This document shows, piece by piece, positions 37,407 to 47,786 of a DNA stretch of 64,000 bases. Numbering within the stretch: the first letter of the stretch is position 1; the number at the start of each line of letters is the position of its first letter. The position numbers and the translations under genes were made by a program. Origin of the DNA: Lewinellaceae bacterium (GTDB taxonomy: Bacteria; Bacteroidota; Bacteroidia; Chitinophagales; Saprospiraceae); NCBI GenBank assembly GCA_016708875.1, contig JADJFA010000018.1, positions 28,113 to 92,112 of the forward strand, in the 5' to 3' direction. The notes under the pieces are model-generated. The model made no database searches, was not told the DNA's origin, and saw only the letters and a list, made by a program, of their open reading frames with translations.

Positions 37407-38915
37407 CTGTTTAGAATGATTTGTTTCGACTGAGGCAGTCCATCCAAAACCATGTACACGAAGTAAGTGCCGTTGGGCAATCTTTGAAGATCAAGATTGT
37501 GGCGGTTGGAGCCAGCGCTGAGCAAACCGAGTTGCTCTGAAAGCACCTGCCGTCCCAATTGATCAAAAACCGAAACTGCGACTTCTGCGTCTTTTTGCAG
37601 GGAGAATGTAAGCATAACTGTGCCAGTGCTGGGGTTTGGAGTTAGTGCAAGTTGGGCAATGGCGGCAAGGTTTTCGACTTTGCGTTCGCTGCTGGTACCC
37701 GCGATAAGCGCCTGGACCATTTGCTGTAAATCAGCAATTTGGCGACCTTGTTGTTCGATGATGCGCTGCTGTTCCTGGACCGCTTTTACCAGCGGAACTG
37801 TGAATTCGGCATACCGGAGGCCATAGTTATCGTTTTCGTTTTGCGGCTTTGATACCCCACTGAAATCGTATCCAGACTCGGCTGCAGCCTCTTCAACTTC
37901 CTGCGCCAAAAACCCGGTATAGCGTATTTGTTCAGCGGCGTGGGCATTGGCATCGAGTTCTGCCAGTTCTTTTTCCACATCTTGGTGTTTTCCATTGCCT
38001 TTGGAGGCTTCGGCTCGGATACGCTCTGTCACACCATAGAAATTGTTGAGCGCCCGGATGTCATAATGGTATGTGACGGGCCTTAGGCGCATAATAAAAT
38101 CAAGGCCGGAAACATCTTCGCGTAAATCCTTTTTGAAGCGACTGTCTGAAGTAACGGTAAGGTTCACTTGGCTCTCGAGGCTGGTGACCGTGGCATTGCC
38201 CAAACGGATTTTGTTACTGGCATTGGCTGTGGCAGCAAAACCAACAGCGGTAGCATTGTTGAAATTGACGACGGAAGTCCAGCGCCCCAGACCTGTGTTG
38301 TTCGAGCCTGTAACGTTGTAGTTCAAGGCATTTTCTCCAAGTCCGGTGTTGCCAACGCCGATTGTATTGCGGCGCAGGGCATCTTCGCCTACTCCTGTGT
38401 TGGCGCTGCCAGTCAGGTTGGCCGTGAGCGCGAGGTCGCCGAATGCAGTGTTGGAAGATGCAGTAGTGCTGCTATGAAATGCACCGTTGCCAAAAGCGGC
38501 ATTCCATACCCCAGTCGTGTTTTTTGCAAGTGAAGCAGTTCCTACTGCCGTATTGTCGCCGCCCGTAGTATTGAGTCGAAGGGCATCTCTGCCTATGGCG
38601 GTGTTGTTATTGCCCAATGTGTTGGAATTCAGGGCGTTGTTGCCAAAGGCGGAATTGGATTCGCCTGTACTGCTGGCACCGTTGGTGTTTGACCCAAAAA
38701 AGGTATTGAATTTTGTAGGATCAATTAGTCCTGCTCTTTGGTTGTTCACTCGGAAGAGCAGCGGTTTGTTGTCCGTTGTACCGATAAAATGGAGGGCAGG
38801 GTTGGTGCTACTGTTTCCCAAGAATATTCCAGTTTTGGGCATTTACAGGATTTGCAATGAGCATTGAAATGGTTGAAAAAAAGCAAGCAGCGAAAAAAGT
38901 TGTCATGTTTTTCAT
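37403..38915 (-). CDS. Tail-fibre-like protein with a peptidase S74 (intramolecular chaperone) domain and T9SS CTD. The frame is broken once.
   Basis: Signal 'MKNMTTFFAACFFSTISMLIANPVNAQ'. Repeats 'NTA.G..AL..NT.G..NT'. S74 pattern 'SDSRFKKDLREDVSGLDFIMRLRPVTYHYD...GFLAQEVEE'. CTD 'LALTPNPSTGTVMLTFSLQKDAEVAVSVFDQLGRQVL...GTYFVYMVLDG'. It joins as 'NWNILG|NSSTNPALHF' if the TTT at 38804-06 is read as TT. Confidence 0.8.
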
Positions 38916-39163
38916 GATGTCGAAATTTAGATTGGTTGGTGAATAAATCTGTGGCAAAAGTGTCCGTGCCCAGCTCCCGCCGACAACCCCCAAATGGGTG
39001 GTTTTGAAAAACTCACCCCTTCCCCCGTTTCCGGGATACAGGTTCTCCCCTTTACCCACCAGTACCGGGATTTTCCCAAACTCACCTTTTTCGGGGTTTT
39101 AGGCGCAGCCAAGTGCCTGGACTTTTGTGCCATCAATTATTGCTCACCAATCAAAATTTCGTC

Positions 39164-39571
39164 ATGAAAAATTCAATCAAATTTTATCTGTTCATAGCCC
39201 TTGCGGCTCTTTTCAACGTCTATGCAGAATGTTCGCCCGAACCTATGGATCCGCCCCCTGACGATCTTGTAGGCAAATGGGAATCCTATTACTTCGAAAG
39301 CAATGGCAACGATGTTACCCAGCAATACCAAATGACGCTTCAGTTCAACGACCAGGGCCAATGCGTACAAACCCTCGTAAAGCCCGGAGCAACCATCTCC
39401 TCCAACCTTCAGTACGCCAAAAATCCGGAGGGGACTGCTGTGACCATTGGCGCCGCCAATCTTTTTATTGATAAAAACGATGGGACAAGTATTCGGCTGC
39501 GGTATCTTAACGGCGCACAACCGGCAGGTTTTATTGAGCCTTGGACAGCCGATTTTTTGAAGGTTGAATAA
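39164..39571 (+). CDS. Hypothetical lipoprotein (lipocalin-like size).
   Basis: Signal/lipobox 'MKNSIKFYLFIALAALFNVYAEC'. 135 aa with no recognised domain. Confidence 0.5.
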   Translation: MKNSIKFYLFIALAALFNVYAECSPEPMDPPPDDLVGKWESYYFESNGNDVTQQYQMTLQFNDQGQCVQTLVKPGATISSNLQYAKNPEGTAVTIGAANLFIDKNDGTSIRLRYLNGAQPAGFIEPWTADFLKVE

Positions 39572-39600
39572 GGTTATAGCACCTCCAGAAATCTTTCTTA

Positions 39601-39697
39601 AACCTCATAGCCTTTATTAAACCACATAGTACACATAGTTTACAATTAGCAATTGTTCGATTTTCTAAACTATGTGTACTATGTCAACTATGTGGTT
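39601..39697. repeat. Post-gene hairpin with tandem CACATAGT octamer arms.
   Basis: 'aaccacatagtacacatagttta ...loop... taaactatgtgtactatgtcaactatgtggtt'. An additional 'aacctcatagcc' unit lies upstream. Confidence 0.9.
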
Positions 39698-39721
39698 GCC
39701 AAACATCAAAATCAAACAGTC

Positions 39722-40510
39722 ATGAAAATCCAACACATCTCCTTGTTTTTCAGCATTTTGGCTATTGCCGTTCTTTCGCTGCCCAGTTGCCGCACCCACG
39801 GCCCGGCATTTTCAGCCAATGCAGACCCCTATATGGCCAAGCCAGCGTATCGGGGTGAAAACGAAGGTGCATTCTATCTGTCTGGCCGCATCAACCAGGG
39901 CTATGAATATTATGAAGGCGAGAAGAATACGGGCGCGGAATTGTCGGGACATGTCTCGTTCATGTCTAAGCACATCTATGTCTGCGGCGGTTTTTTTGGT
40001 TATTGGGGCAAGTATGATGTGAATGCCGCAGTTAGTCCCATCACAGGCGGCGGTAAGCAGTCATTCAATGGCGGTGGTGTGCGGGGAGAATTGGGCGGAC
40101 GTATCCCGTTGGAAAGCAATTTCGACCTGCTGCTGGGTATAAATGGGGAGATGTTCAGAGAAGGTGGCAAGTATGCAGACAATAGCAGCGAAGCACTGGC
40201 AGATTTCTTCACCCTTGGCTTGAGCCGTACCCACCTCAATATTGCACCTGCGCTCGACCTGCGTTATGCCCCACCGGGCAAATGGGACATCGGGCTGCGC
40301 TACACCCTGGATTCTTACATTTCCGTCTCCGACGTATTTGAATCGGAACAAGACAACAGTTACCTGCACCGCCTTACATTGCATACCACCATTGACCGCG
40401 TGACGGCCTATGGCCAAATCGGTTTCACGCCCGATGAGCAGCGCGTATTCAGCCTTGGGATGGCGTATGGGATTCCGTTCAAAAAGAAAGAAAAAGCGAT
40501 GAAACTGTAA
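39722..40510 (+). CDS. Hypothetical outer-membrane or lipoprotein (beta-rich).
   Basis: Lipobox 'VLSLPSC'. Gly/aromatic-rich beta-strand pattern. The ORF extension from 39653 reads through the hairpin. Confidence 0.5.
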   Translation: MKIQHISLFFSILAIAVLSLPSCRTHGPAFSANADPYMAKPAYRGENEGAFYLSGRINQGYEYYEGEKNTGAELSGHVSFMSKHIYVCGGFFGYWGKYDVNAAVSPITGGGKQSFNGGGVRGELGGRIPLESNFDLLLGINGEMFREGGKYADNSSEALADFFTLGLSRTHLNIAPALDLRYAPPGKWDIGLRYTLDSYISVSDVFESEQDNSYLHRLTLHTTIDRVTAYGQIGFTPDEQRVFSLGMAYGIPFKKKEKAMKL

Positions 40511-40554
40511 CAGGGCTTCTTCACATAAGTCTATTAGCGCGGTAACCAAGGATT

Positions 40555-40590
40555 AGAAGTGACGCTTTTTCAAAAAGTGTCACTTCTTTT
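40555..40590 (+). terminator. Rho-independent terminator.
   Basis: 'agaagtgacgcttttt c aaaaagtgtcacttct' followed by 'tttg', 45 nt after the stop at 40510. Confidence 0.5.
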
Positions 40591-40669
40591 GTGGCCTGAA
40601 CGGCTATTTGCCGCTGAAACAAATCCCAGCAAATCTATCTTTACCCATTCAATTCAAAATCAACGATCC

Positions 40670-42568
40670 ATGAACAAATCTACCCTCCTTTCGCTCCTTT
40701 TTGTCTTTCTGTTTGCCGGTGTGGTGCAAGCCCAAGCCTTCCTCCAATTAGGCGCCATGCAGGTGGAAGACCAGGGCCATCGAATGGTTGCCACAAGTGA
40801 TGGCGGTTATATCACCGCTGGCTCGGCGGGAACCAAAGCTGTGCTGTACAAAACCAATTGTCTGGGCGCTCTTGTAGCCCAGATCGAAAAAACATACATA
40901 CCTGGTCCGGCTGCATTTTGGGACGTGACAGAGCTTGCCGATGGCAGTATTGTGGCGGTCGGCGGTGCGGGCTACGCTTCTCCAACCGACACCGGTGGCC
41001 ATGTAGTTTTATTAAAAACCACGGCAGACCTGGTTGAAACTACGTCCTCCAGTTTTCAAATCCTGAATAAGGAAGCGCGAGGCTTATCTGTTACCCAATC
41101 CACCACAGGCCATTTGTTGGTCTGGGGCGAGGTGACTGGATTCTCAGTAGATTTCACAGACGCTTTTTTTCAGCGCGTCAGTCCGATCACCTTACAACCA
41201 ACGGACAACCCGGTGATTTTCAACAACGGCGTTGATCTTGCCAAAAGCATCGTCCCTACTGCCGACAGCAATTATTTGTTGATTGGATCCACCTATACAG
41301 GCAATGCTTTTGATCCAGAGGCCCTCATTAACAACAATTTGCGGGCCTATAAAGTGGACGAAAACGGGGCGCTGCTATGGCAGGTGGCTGTTAATCAGGT
41401 GTTTAAAGCCAAATATGGTGTAGCGAGGGCCAGTGGTGCAGCTCAAAATTCGGACACGGGCAATTTCATGTTGGGTGGAACGCTTTTTGGCGGCACCGAC
41501 GAGCGTGAACAAGACGCAGTTTTTGCGCTTATTGGCAATGACGGTACGGTGTTGGACACCACGCATTGCGCGGCCCCAGGCCAGCAACAATTTTATGGCA
41601 TCGTAGCCCACCATGATTTTGTTGGTTTGTTCACCATTGCAGGCGAAAGTGAAGGTTCTCCACTCGGCGTGCCTTCCGTTGCAGTGGCGCAGGCTTATGA
41701 ACTTAGCAATACAATCGCGTTTTCCGGGGCTACCCTTGACCCAGCCACTCCTATTTCAGTGCGCGATTTATTAGAATTAGACCCCGGTCGCATCGCTTAT
41801 ATGGGCACGCTTCCCGACAATCCTACCGTGCTTGGGTTAACCGATATCCTAATCATAACACCTGCAGCGACGGTAAGTATAGTGTATCAAAATTGCGCAC
41901 TCGCTGCCACCTTCAGCGTTCCCGCTGTTGCATTCCAATGGTATCGTGAAGGTCAAGCCATTCCGGGAGCAAATCAGGGAGCGTTTTTCCCCACAGCGCC
42001 AGGGCTTTACCAATTGCAAATACTGGATGACAAAGGATGTTTTGGCGTATCTGATACCTTCCGGGTTGAAGGCCCTTTAGCTGGGTTCACAGTTGTTCCC
42101 GATGTGCTTACGGCCACATTTACCAATACCTCTCAAGGCGCCGTTACCTACGCCTGGGACTTTGGTGATGGCAGTACCAGTACACAGCCCAATCCCATGC
42201 ACACGTATGCTGTGACGGGGGTATATTCGGTGCGGCTCATTGCAACGGACAATTGTGGGCTTAAAGACACGATTGTGCAGCAAATTGGCGTGACACCAGT
42301 CAACGAAGTGAGTTGGTTGAGCCATTTTAGCCTATCACCGAATCCGACAAGCGGCGTTTTCAATCTTGAAATGAGTGGTGCGCCCCAAGGGAAAGTGGAG
42401 TTCGCCATTTTCAATGCTGTTGGCCAATTGCTTAGTCAGGAGGCGGTTAGTTTCCAAAATGGATGGATTCAACAAAGCTTCGACCTTGGTCATTTGCCCG
42501 GTGGTGTTTATTCCCTTCAAATCAGGTCGGGCAAAGAGATGAAAAACGTGCGTGTGGTGAAGCAATAG
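40670..42568 (+). CDS. Secreted protein with a PKD domain and T9SS CTD.
   Basis: Signal 'MNKSTLLSLLFVFLFAGVVQAQ'. PKD 'FTNTSQGAVTYAWDFGDGSTSTQPNPMHTYAVTGVYSVRLIATDNCG'. CTD 'FSLSPNPTSGVFNLEMSG...GVYSLQIRSGKEMKNVRVVKQ'. Confidence 0.8.
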   Translation: MNKSTLLSLLFVFLFAGVVQAQAFLQLGAMQVEDQGHRMVATSDGGYITAGSAGTKAVLYKTNCLGALVAQIEKTYIPGPAAFWDVTELADGSIVAVGGAGYASPTDTGGHVVLLKTTADLVETTSSSFQILNKEARGLSVTQSTTGHLLVWGEVTGFSVDFTDAFFQRVSPITLQPTDNPVIFNNGVDLAKSIVPTADSNYLLIGSTYTGNAFDPEALINNNLRAYKVDENGALLWQVAVNQVFKAKYGVARASGAAQNSDTGNFMLGGTLFGGTDEREQDAVFALIGNDGTVLDTTHCAAPGQQQFYGIVAHHDFVGLFTIAGESEGSPLGVPSVAVAQAYELSNTIAFSGATLDPATPISVRDLLELDPGRIAYMGTLPDNPTVLGLTDILIITPAATVSIVYQNCALAATFSVPAVAFQWYREGQAIPGANQGAFFPTAPGLYQLQILDDKGCFGVSDTFRVEGPLAGFTVVPDVLTATFTNTSQGAVTYAWDFGDGSTSTQPNPMHTYAVTGVYSVRLIATDNCGLKDTIVQQIGVTPVNEVSWLSHFSLSPNPTSGVFNLEMSGAPQGKVEFAIFNAVGQLLSQEAVSFQNGWIQQSFDLGHLPGGVYSLQIRSGKEMKNVRVVKQ

Positions 42569-42573
42569 AAACA

Positions 42574-42785
42574 TGAGTCATCCCGAATTTTGATCCAATT
42601 GGTTTTGATTGCTGATTGATGAGTACATGAATGATGATTGTTGATGGAATGGTGGATTGATAATGGCCGATGTGCCGCCATCGTCAATAATTACATCGTC
42701 CCTTTACATCAAAAATCATCATTCATGTACTCATCAATCGTCAATCAATCAAAATCAGAGAAATCTCAAAATTCGGGATGACTCC
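42574..42785. mobile_element. Nested-palindromic MITE-like element, copy C (a diverged family member).
   Basis: Outer arms 'gagtcatcccgaattttga'/'tcaaaattcgggatgactc'. Inner arms 'ttgattgctgattgatgagtacatgaatgatgattgttgatgg'/'catcaaaaatcatcattcatgtactcatcaatcgtcaatcaatcaa'. By eye the inner arms are largely identical to the arms of copies A and B. Confidence 0.8.
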
Positions 42786-42894
42786 TGTTTCATATCCCTC
42801 CCTTTTTTTGCGAATAATGGCAAAGACCCAACTTAAGCGGGCAGCCTAAAGTAGAAATTTGTACTCTTGTACCATAAACCGGCTGCAATTGAAC

Positions 42895-45611
42895 ATGAAA
42901 CACAAACTACTGCTTTCGCTCCTCGTTTTTTTGGCTGCGCCCAGCGCACTATTCGCTACGCACAACCGCGCGGGTGAAATCCATATCGAACAAATCGGAC
43001 CGCTCACCATCCGCGCCACCATCATCACCTGGACGAAAGCGAGCAGTGTAAACGCCGACCGCGATACCCTGGATATCTTCTGGGGTGACGGTATAAGCCA
43101 AAAAGTGCGGCGCTCCAACGGCAATGGCAACCCGCCACAGGGTTTCCCGCTTGCCAACGATATCAAGTACAACACCTATATCGCAGAGCATACTTACCCT
43201 GGGCCTGATAGTTTCGTGATTTCCATGACCGATCAAAACCGTATTGGAGGTATCATCAATGTGAACCCGCCTGCATCGGACAATGTGCCGTTTCACATCC
43301 AAACCACCTATGTTTTCCAGGATGCTCAGTTTGGCGGTACCAACCACACGCCCTATCTTTTGCAGCCACCGATTGACAATGCTTGTGTGGGCAAGCCTTA
43401 CAAACACAACCCCAATGCCTCAGACATTGATGGTGACAGCCTTTCGTACGAACTCATCGTGCCGATGCAAGGTCCTGGCGTGAATGTGCCCAACTATGCC
43501 TTCCCGAACGAGATAATGCCGGGTATAAACAACTCCTTTCAACTCGATCCCGTTTCGGGCGATATTCTTTGGCAATCGCCGCAAGTGCCGGGTATTTACA
43601 ATATTGCGTTCACCATTATATCCTGGAGGAAAGGCAAGATCATTGACATCACAATTCGTGATATGCAAATTTTTGTGGCCGCTTGTGACAACAACCCACC
43701 CGCGGTCCAAACAATTGACAAAATCTGCGTGGTGGCAGGAAATGACGTAACGTTTGGAGTAACAGCAACCGATATTGACTCTACAGATGTGATTTTGCTG
43801 ACCGCGTTGGGTGCGCCCTTGACCTCGCCTTTCAGCCCGGCCACCTTCATGGCACCTACTGAATGGAAGAAATCGCCTGTGTCCGGCACATTCCACTGGA
43901 CAACGGCTTGCGAGCATATTTCCAATCAGCCTTATTCGGTTGTTTTCAAAGCCACCGACTCGCTTACTACGCCGCAATTGGCTGATTTACACACCGTTTC
44001 TATCAAGGTGGTAGGTCCCTCTCCCGAAGATTTGCAAGCCGACGCCGCACTTGGTAATATTGAACTTAGATGGGCAAAACCTTATGTCTGTGAGGGGGCG
44101 GCGAACAATTATTTCCTTGGATTTTCGGTGTGGCGGCGACAGGGCAGCAACCCATTTGTGCTCGATACCTGCGACCCCGGACTTGAGGGGAAAGGGTACA
44201 CCCAGTTGACCGCCATTACCAAAACCGTGCAAAACGGGCGCTATTATTTCAAAGACACGCAGGTGGAACGTGGGTTCACCTACTGCTATCGGGTGTTGGC
44301 AAAATTCGCCCGTGTTTCGGCGGGCGGCTACCCATACAACATCGTGGAAAGCCTGGCTTCCGAAGAGGTCTGCGCTCAACTCCCGCGCGATCTTCCGCTT
44401 ATCACCAATGTCTCGGTGGAAGCCACAGATGTTGCAACAGGAAGATCAGAATCGCATGGTCAAAACCAGTGGGGGGCGATTTGGATACTGTCATCAATCA
44501 TGGCCCGTATCGCTACCAGCTGCTTCGGGCGCCCGGGTTTACGGGCGGGGTTTTTACCGAATTGCCCGGCGCTTCCTTTGTCTCTAATACTTTTTGGGAG
44601 GCCAACGACACCATTTATGAGTTTGACGAAAACCTCAATACCGTGGACGGGCCTTATCGCTACAAAGTTGATTTTTACGTAAAAGGGACCACCTTACTCG
44701 GCTCTACTCGCGATGCATCGTCGCTCTTTTTAACCGTCGCATCTACTGACCAAACGAACATCCTTTCCTGGGAAGCCAATGTGCCCTGGAGCAATTACGA
44801 CTACAAGATTTTCCGAAAAAATGATGTGACGGGCTTGTTCGATCCAATCGGAAATTCGACAACAAAAAAATACGAAGACCGGGGCTTGATCAATGGGAAG
44901 GAATACTGTTACTATGTGGAGAGTGAGGGAACTTACAGCGTTAGCGGGCTTTTAAACCCCTTATTCAACAAATCCCAAGAGGCCTGTGGCGTACCCATTG
45001 ATACGGTTCCACCCTGTCCACCTGTTTTAGCTGTTACAAATTTGTGCGACGATCCAACGGCCAATCCCAGTCCACCTTACCTCAACAAGCTTTCCTGGAC
45101 AAACCCCAACGAGGCATGCGGTGGAACGGACGACGCGGTTTCTTACAACATCTGGTACACGCCATTGGAGGGCGAACCGCTGCTGCTGTTGACCAATCAA
45201 TCCGGCGCGACCAACATAACTTTCGACCATGCGCTCGAAACGCAACTAGCTGGTTGTTATGCAGTTTCAGCCATTGACTCGGTGGGCAATGAGAGTCTGT
45301 TGAGCAATCTTTTTTGTGTGGATAATTGCCCGAACTACGAACTTCCCAATGCTTTCACGCCCAATGGCGATGGGGCAAATGACATTTATACGCCTTTTCC
45401 CGGCTGGCGATTTGTACAAAGCGTAGACATGCAAATCTTCAACCGCTGGGGAAACCTTGTTTTCCAAACTACCGATCCCAACATCAGTTGGAGCGGCAAG
45501 AACGAAGGCGGAAATGAACTGTCCGAGGGCACGTATTTCTTTGTCTGCAAGGTGTACGAAAGCCGTGTGGGCGGGGTGGTTTTGCGAGGTTGGCTGTTCA
45601 GGGTAGGGTAA
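42895..45611 (+). CDS. Large surface protein with a gliding-motility-associated C-terminal domain (CHU_C / T9SS type B). The frame is broken once.
   Basis: Signal 'MKHKLLLSLLVFLAAPSALFA'. The N-terminal 'THNRAGEI' module is typical of CHU-type proteins. C-terminus: 'LPNAFTPNGDGANDIYTPF...MQIFNRWGNLVFQT...WSGKNEGGNELSEGTYFFVC'. It joins as 'VATG|KIRIAWSKPVGGDLDTV' if the AA at 44442-43 is read as AAA. Confidence 0.85.
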
Positions 45612-45954
45612 TTGAGTTGGTGAGAGGGTAGGGCACAAGCGGATAAATGCTTAGAAGGGATTCACATTCTTTATTGCCAATTGAGTTAACTCAAAATTTG
45701 AGGTAAATGATCGTAGATCTGTTCCGATAACCGCGCCCTAATATTTACGCATTTGAGGCCTGTAAGTGGAAGTCACTCAGCCCGCATTTGATGCAGATAA
45801 GGGCAGGGCGATTTTATGAGCTATGGTTGACCGGAACGATTCGCCGAGGGACGAAAAGTTTGAACCTGCATGGTGTAAGACCCCGCAGAACCAAAAAGTC
45901 CCCGCCGAACGCATCGTTCGACAGGGACAAAAAAGAACTCTATTTATCTATGTA

Positions 45955-47178
45955 TCAAAGCATGTCGTCATCGGAATGCATAACCAAAATGGGAATATCG
46001 CTGCTTGTCAGCACCTCATTGGTCACGCTTTTGTGCAGGATGTTGTCCCAAAAAGTGCGATGGTGCGTCACGAACACCATCAGGTCAATCCGATGAAAAA
46101 AAGCATATTCATACAAGGCGCCCACAATGTCTTCGCTCACCATTTTACTAAAAATGAAGGGCTTTTGGTAGTCCGCTTCTTTAAAGCTTGCTTCAAAACG
46201 CTCCCGTTGCGTGTCAAGGTTCTGCTCTCCTCCCGGCCCTACGTGTACAAAATGGATTTGCCCCTCAAAGCGCTTGGCAAACGAAACCGCCTGCTGCACA
46301 GAAAGCGCGTTGAGCGAATCGAAATCGCTGGCATACAGCATATTTTCAAAGCCGGTGAACTCGGCTAATTTGGAAACAAAAAGTACCGGGCAGTGCGCAT
46401 TTCTCGACACCTCAATACTCACCGAACCAAAGAGTTTTTTCCCGATTCCCCCACGCCCGGTAGCCCCCATCACGAGGAGATCCGTATGACGTGAGTACTC
46501 GGCAAGCGCAACATCCGGGGCGCCGTATATGACCTTCGACACAATCTGCGGCGATTTGCTTTTGGATGCAAAAAGTTCGCCAGGCTCTCCGGCAAATCGG
46601 GAGGGAGGTTCGTATTGAACCCCTAACGCACCCATTGTTTCGCTGGTAAAAGCATCTAATTCCGACTGCATTGTTTTCGAATAACTGGATAAAAATCCAG
46701 AAGCAGACGGCACCGTACCTTCAAAGATGCTGTCCATCGCATACACGACTTCCAGATTGCTGTCCATTTTCTGGGCAATTTTCCAGGCAAACCCCAAGGC
46801 ATTTGCTGAAACCTCGCTCATGTCAACCGCCACGCTAAGCGTGTGCAGGTGGAACAACTTGCTTTTGAAAAGATCTTTGTTTTTCATAAGTCGGGCGATT
46901 TCAGCGACTTCCGGCACATTACCCTGCAATAGGAGCTCCCCCTCAACCATGAGCGCAGGCAGGGCTGTAATCCCGAAAGCCTGCATGGCAATAGGGTCAG
47001 CAATTTCCAGCACTTTTCCTTCCATGGCATTGGATTCCAATGCCATGTGAACACGGTCCGCCAATAGCCGCGACGATTGAGCGTGCGCACCAAATATCTT
47101 GATGTGGATTTTGCCACAGCCTTGGCAATTGCCAGTGCAAGCTGCGGAATCAGCGGGAACGCTTGCTATTTCTTTCAT
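45955..47178 (-). CDS. Tandem universal stress protein (2 x UspA) with an N-terminal Thioredoxin_3-like domain that lacks CxxC.
   Basis: 'LLVMGATGRGGIGKKLFGSVSIEVSRNAHCPVLFV' and 'DLMVFVTHHRTFWDNILHKSVTNEVLTSSDIPILVMH' are Usp C-terminal motifs. N-terminus: 'CTGNCQGCGKIHIKIFGAHAQSS...ITALPALMVEGELL'. Confidence 0.75.
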   Translation of the reverse strand: MKEIASVPADSAACTGNCQGCGKIHIKIFGAHAQSSRLLADRVHMALESNAMEGKVLEIADPIAMQAFGITALPALMVEGELLLQGNVPEVAEIARLMKNKDLFKSKLFHLHTLSVAVDMSEVSANALGFAWKIAQKMDSNLEVVYAMDSIFEGTVPSASGFLSSYSKTMQSELDAFTSETMGALGVQYEPPSRFAGEPGELFASKSKSPQIVSKVIYGAPDVALAEYSRHTDLLVMGATGRGGIGKKLFGSVSIEVSRNAHCPVLFVSKLAEFTGFENMLYASDFDSLNALSVQQAVSFAKRFEGQIHFVHVGPGGEQNLDTQRERFEASFKEADYQKPFIFSKMVSEDIVGALYEYAFFHRIDLMVFVTHHRTFWDNILHKSVTNEVLTSSDIPILVMHSDDDML

Positions 47179-47180
47179 AA

Positions 47181-47642
47181 TCAGTCCTTGTTTTCATACA
47201 CCAAACTTGAGTCAGCGGGTACTTGCTTCGACAAAGCATTCATAATATCATACGGTGTAAGCATGCCCACCAACTCCCCATCTTCTACTACTGGCAAGGC
47301 GTGGAAACGGTTGATCAGGAAAATTTCAAGCGCAACGTTGATGCGGTCGTCGGGAGCAACTTTGCCGAGTTTTTTGATCATGATTTCTTTTACATGCGTG
47401 CGCTCAAGCCGCAATTGATTCACATATTTGTCTTCTTCGTAGTGCGAGGCGCCGCCCATGAAAAATTCGAAGTCAGATCGGCTGACGATCCCCACTATTT
47501 CACGGAAATGCACCACAGGAATGTGGTGAAACTTGTGCGCATCAAATATTTCTTTGACTTGAGTAAGGTTATCTTCTGGAGCGACCGTTATCAAATGCTT
47601 GTGGTCGGTCATGAGGGAAGAGATAGGTGCGAAGATGTTCAT
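47181..47642 (-). CDS. CBS domain pair protein.
   Basis: 153 aa with two CBS-like units: '...FHHIPVVHFREIVGIVSRSD' and 'FHALPVVEDGELVGMLTPYDI'. Confidence 0.75.
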   Translation of the reverse strand: MNIFAPISSLMTDHKHLITVAPEDNLTQVKEIFDAHKFHHIPVVHFREIVGIVSRSDFEFFMGGASHYEEDKYVNQLRLERTHVKEIMIKKLGKVAPDDRINVALEIFLINRFHALPVVEDGELVGMLTPYDIMNALSKQVPADSSLVYENKD

Positions 47643-47771
47643 AATCGAAATTGAAATTTATTTATGCAGTTGAATGATGATGCAAAGATGCCCCTTCCCC
47701 ACTCGCAGCGGGAATGACGGCGGTTACCGAATCAATTGATTGAAATCATTGATAGGCATGAGGAAGGTTTC

Positions 47772-47779
47772 TAACTTTG
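47772..47779 (+). promoter_or_regulatory. Candidate -7 box (TAACTTTG).
   Basis: Exact TAnnTTTG, 7 nt upstream of the ATG at 47787. This would give a near-leaderless mRNA. Confidence 0.35.
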
Positions 47780-47786
47780 CTGTGAT

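Noticed and set aside
45788-46489. + strand ORFs (45788..46096, 45823..46368, 46211..46489).
   Set aside because: They are antisense to the tandem-Usp gene and have no motifs. The 45612-45954 region showed no recognisable RNA gene or riboswitch pattern by eye.
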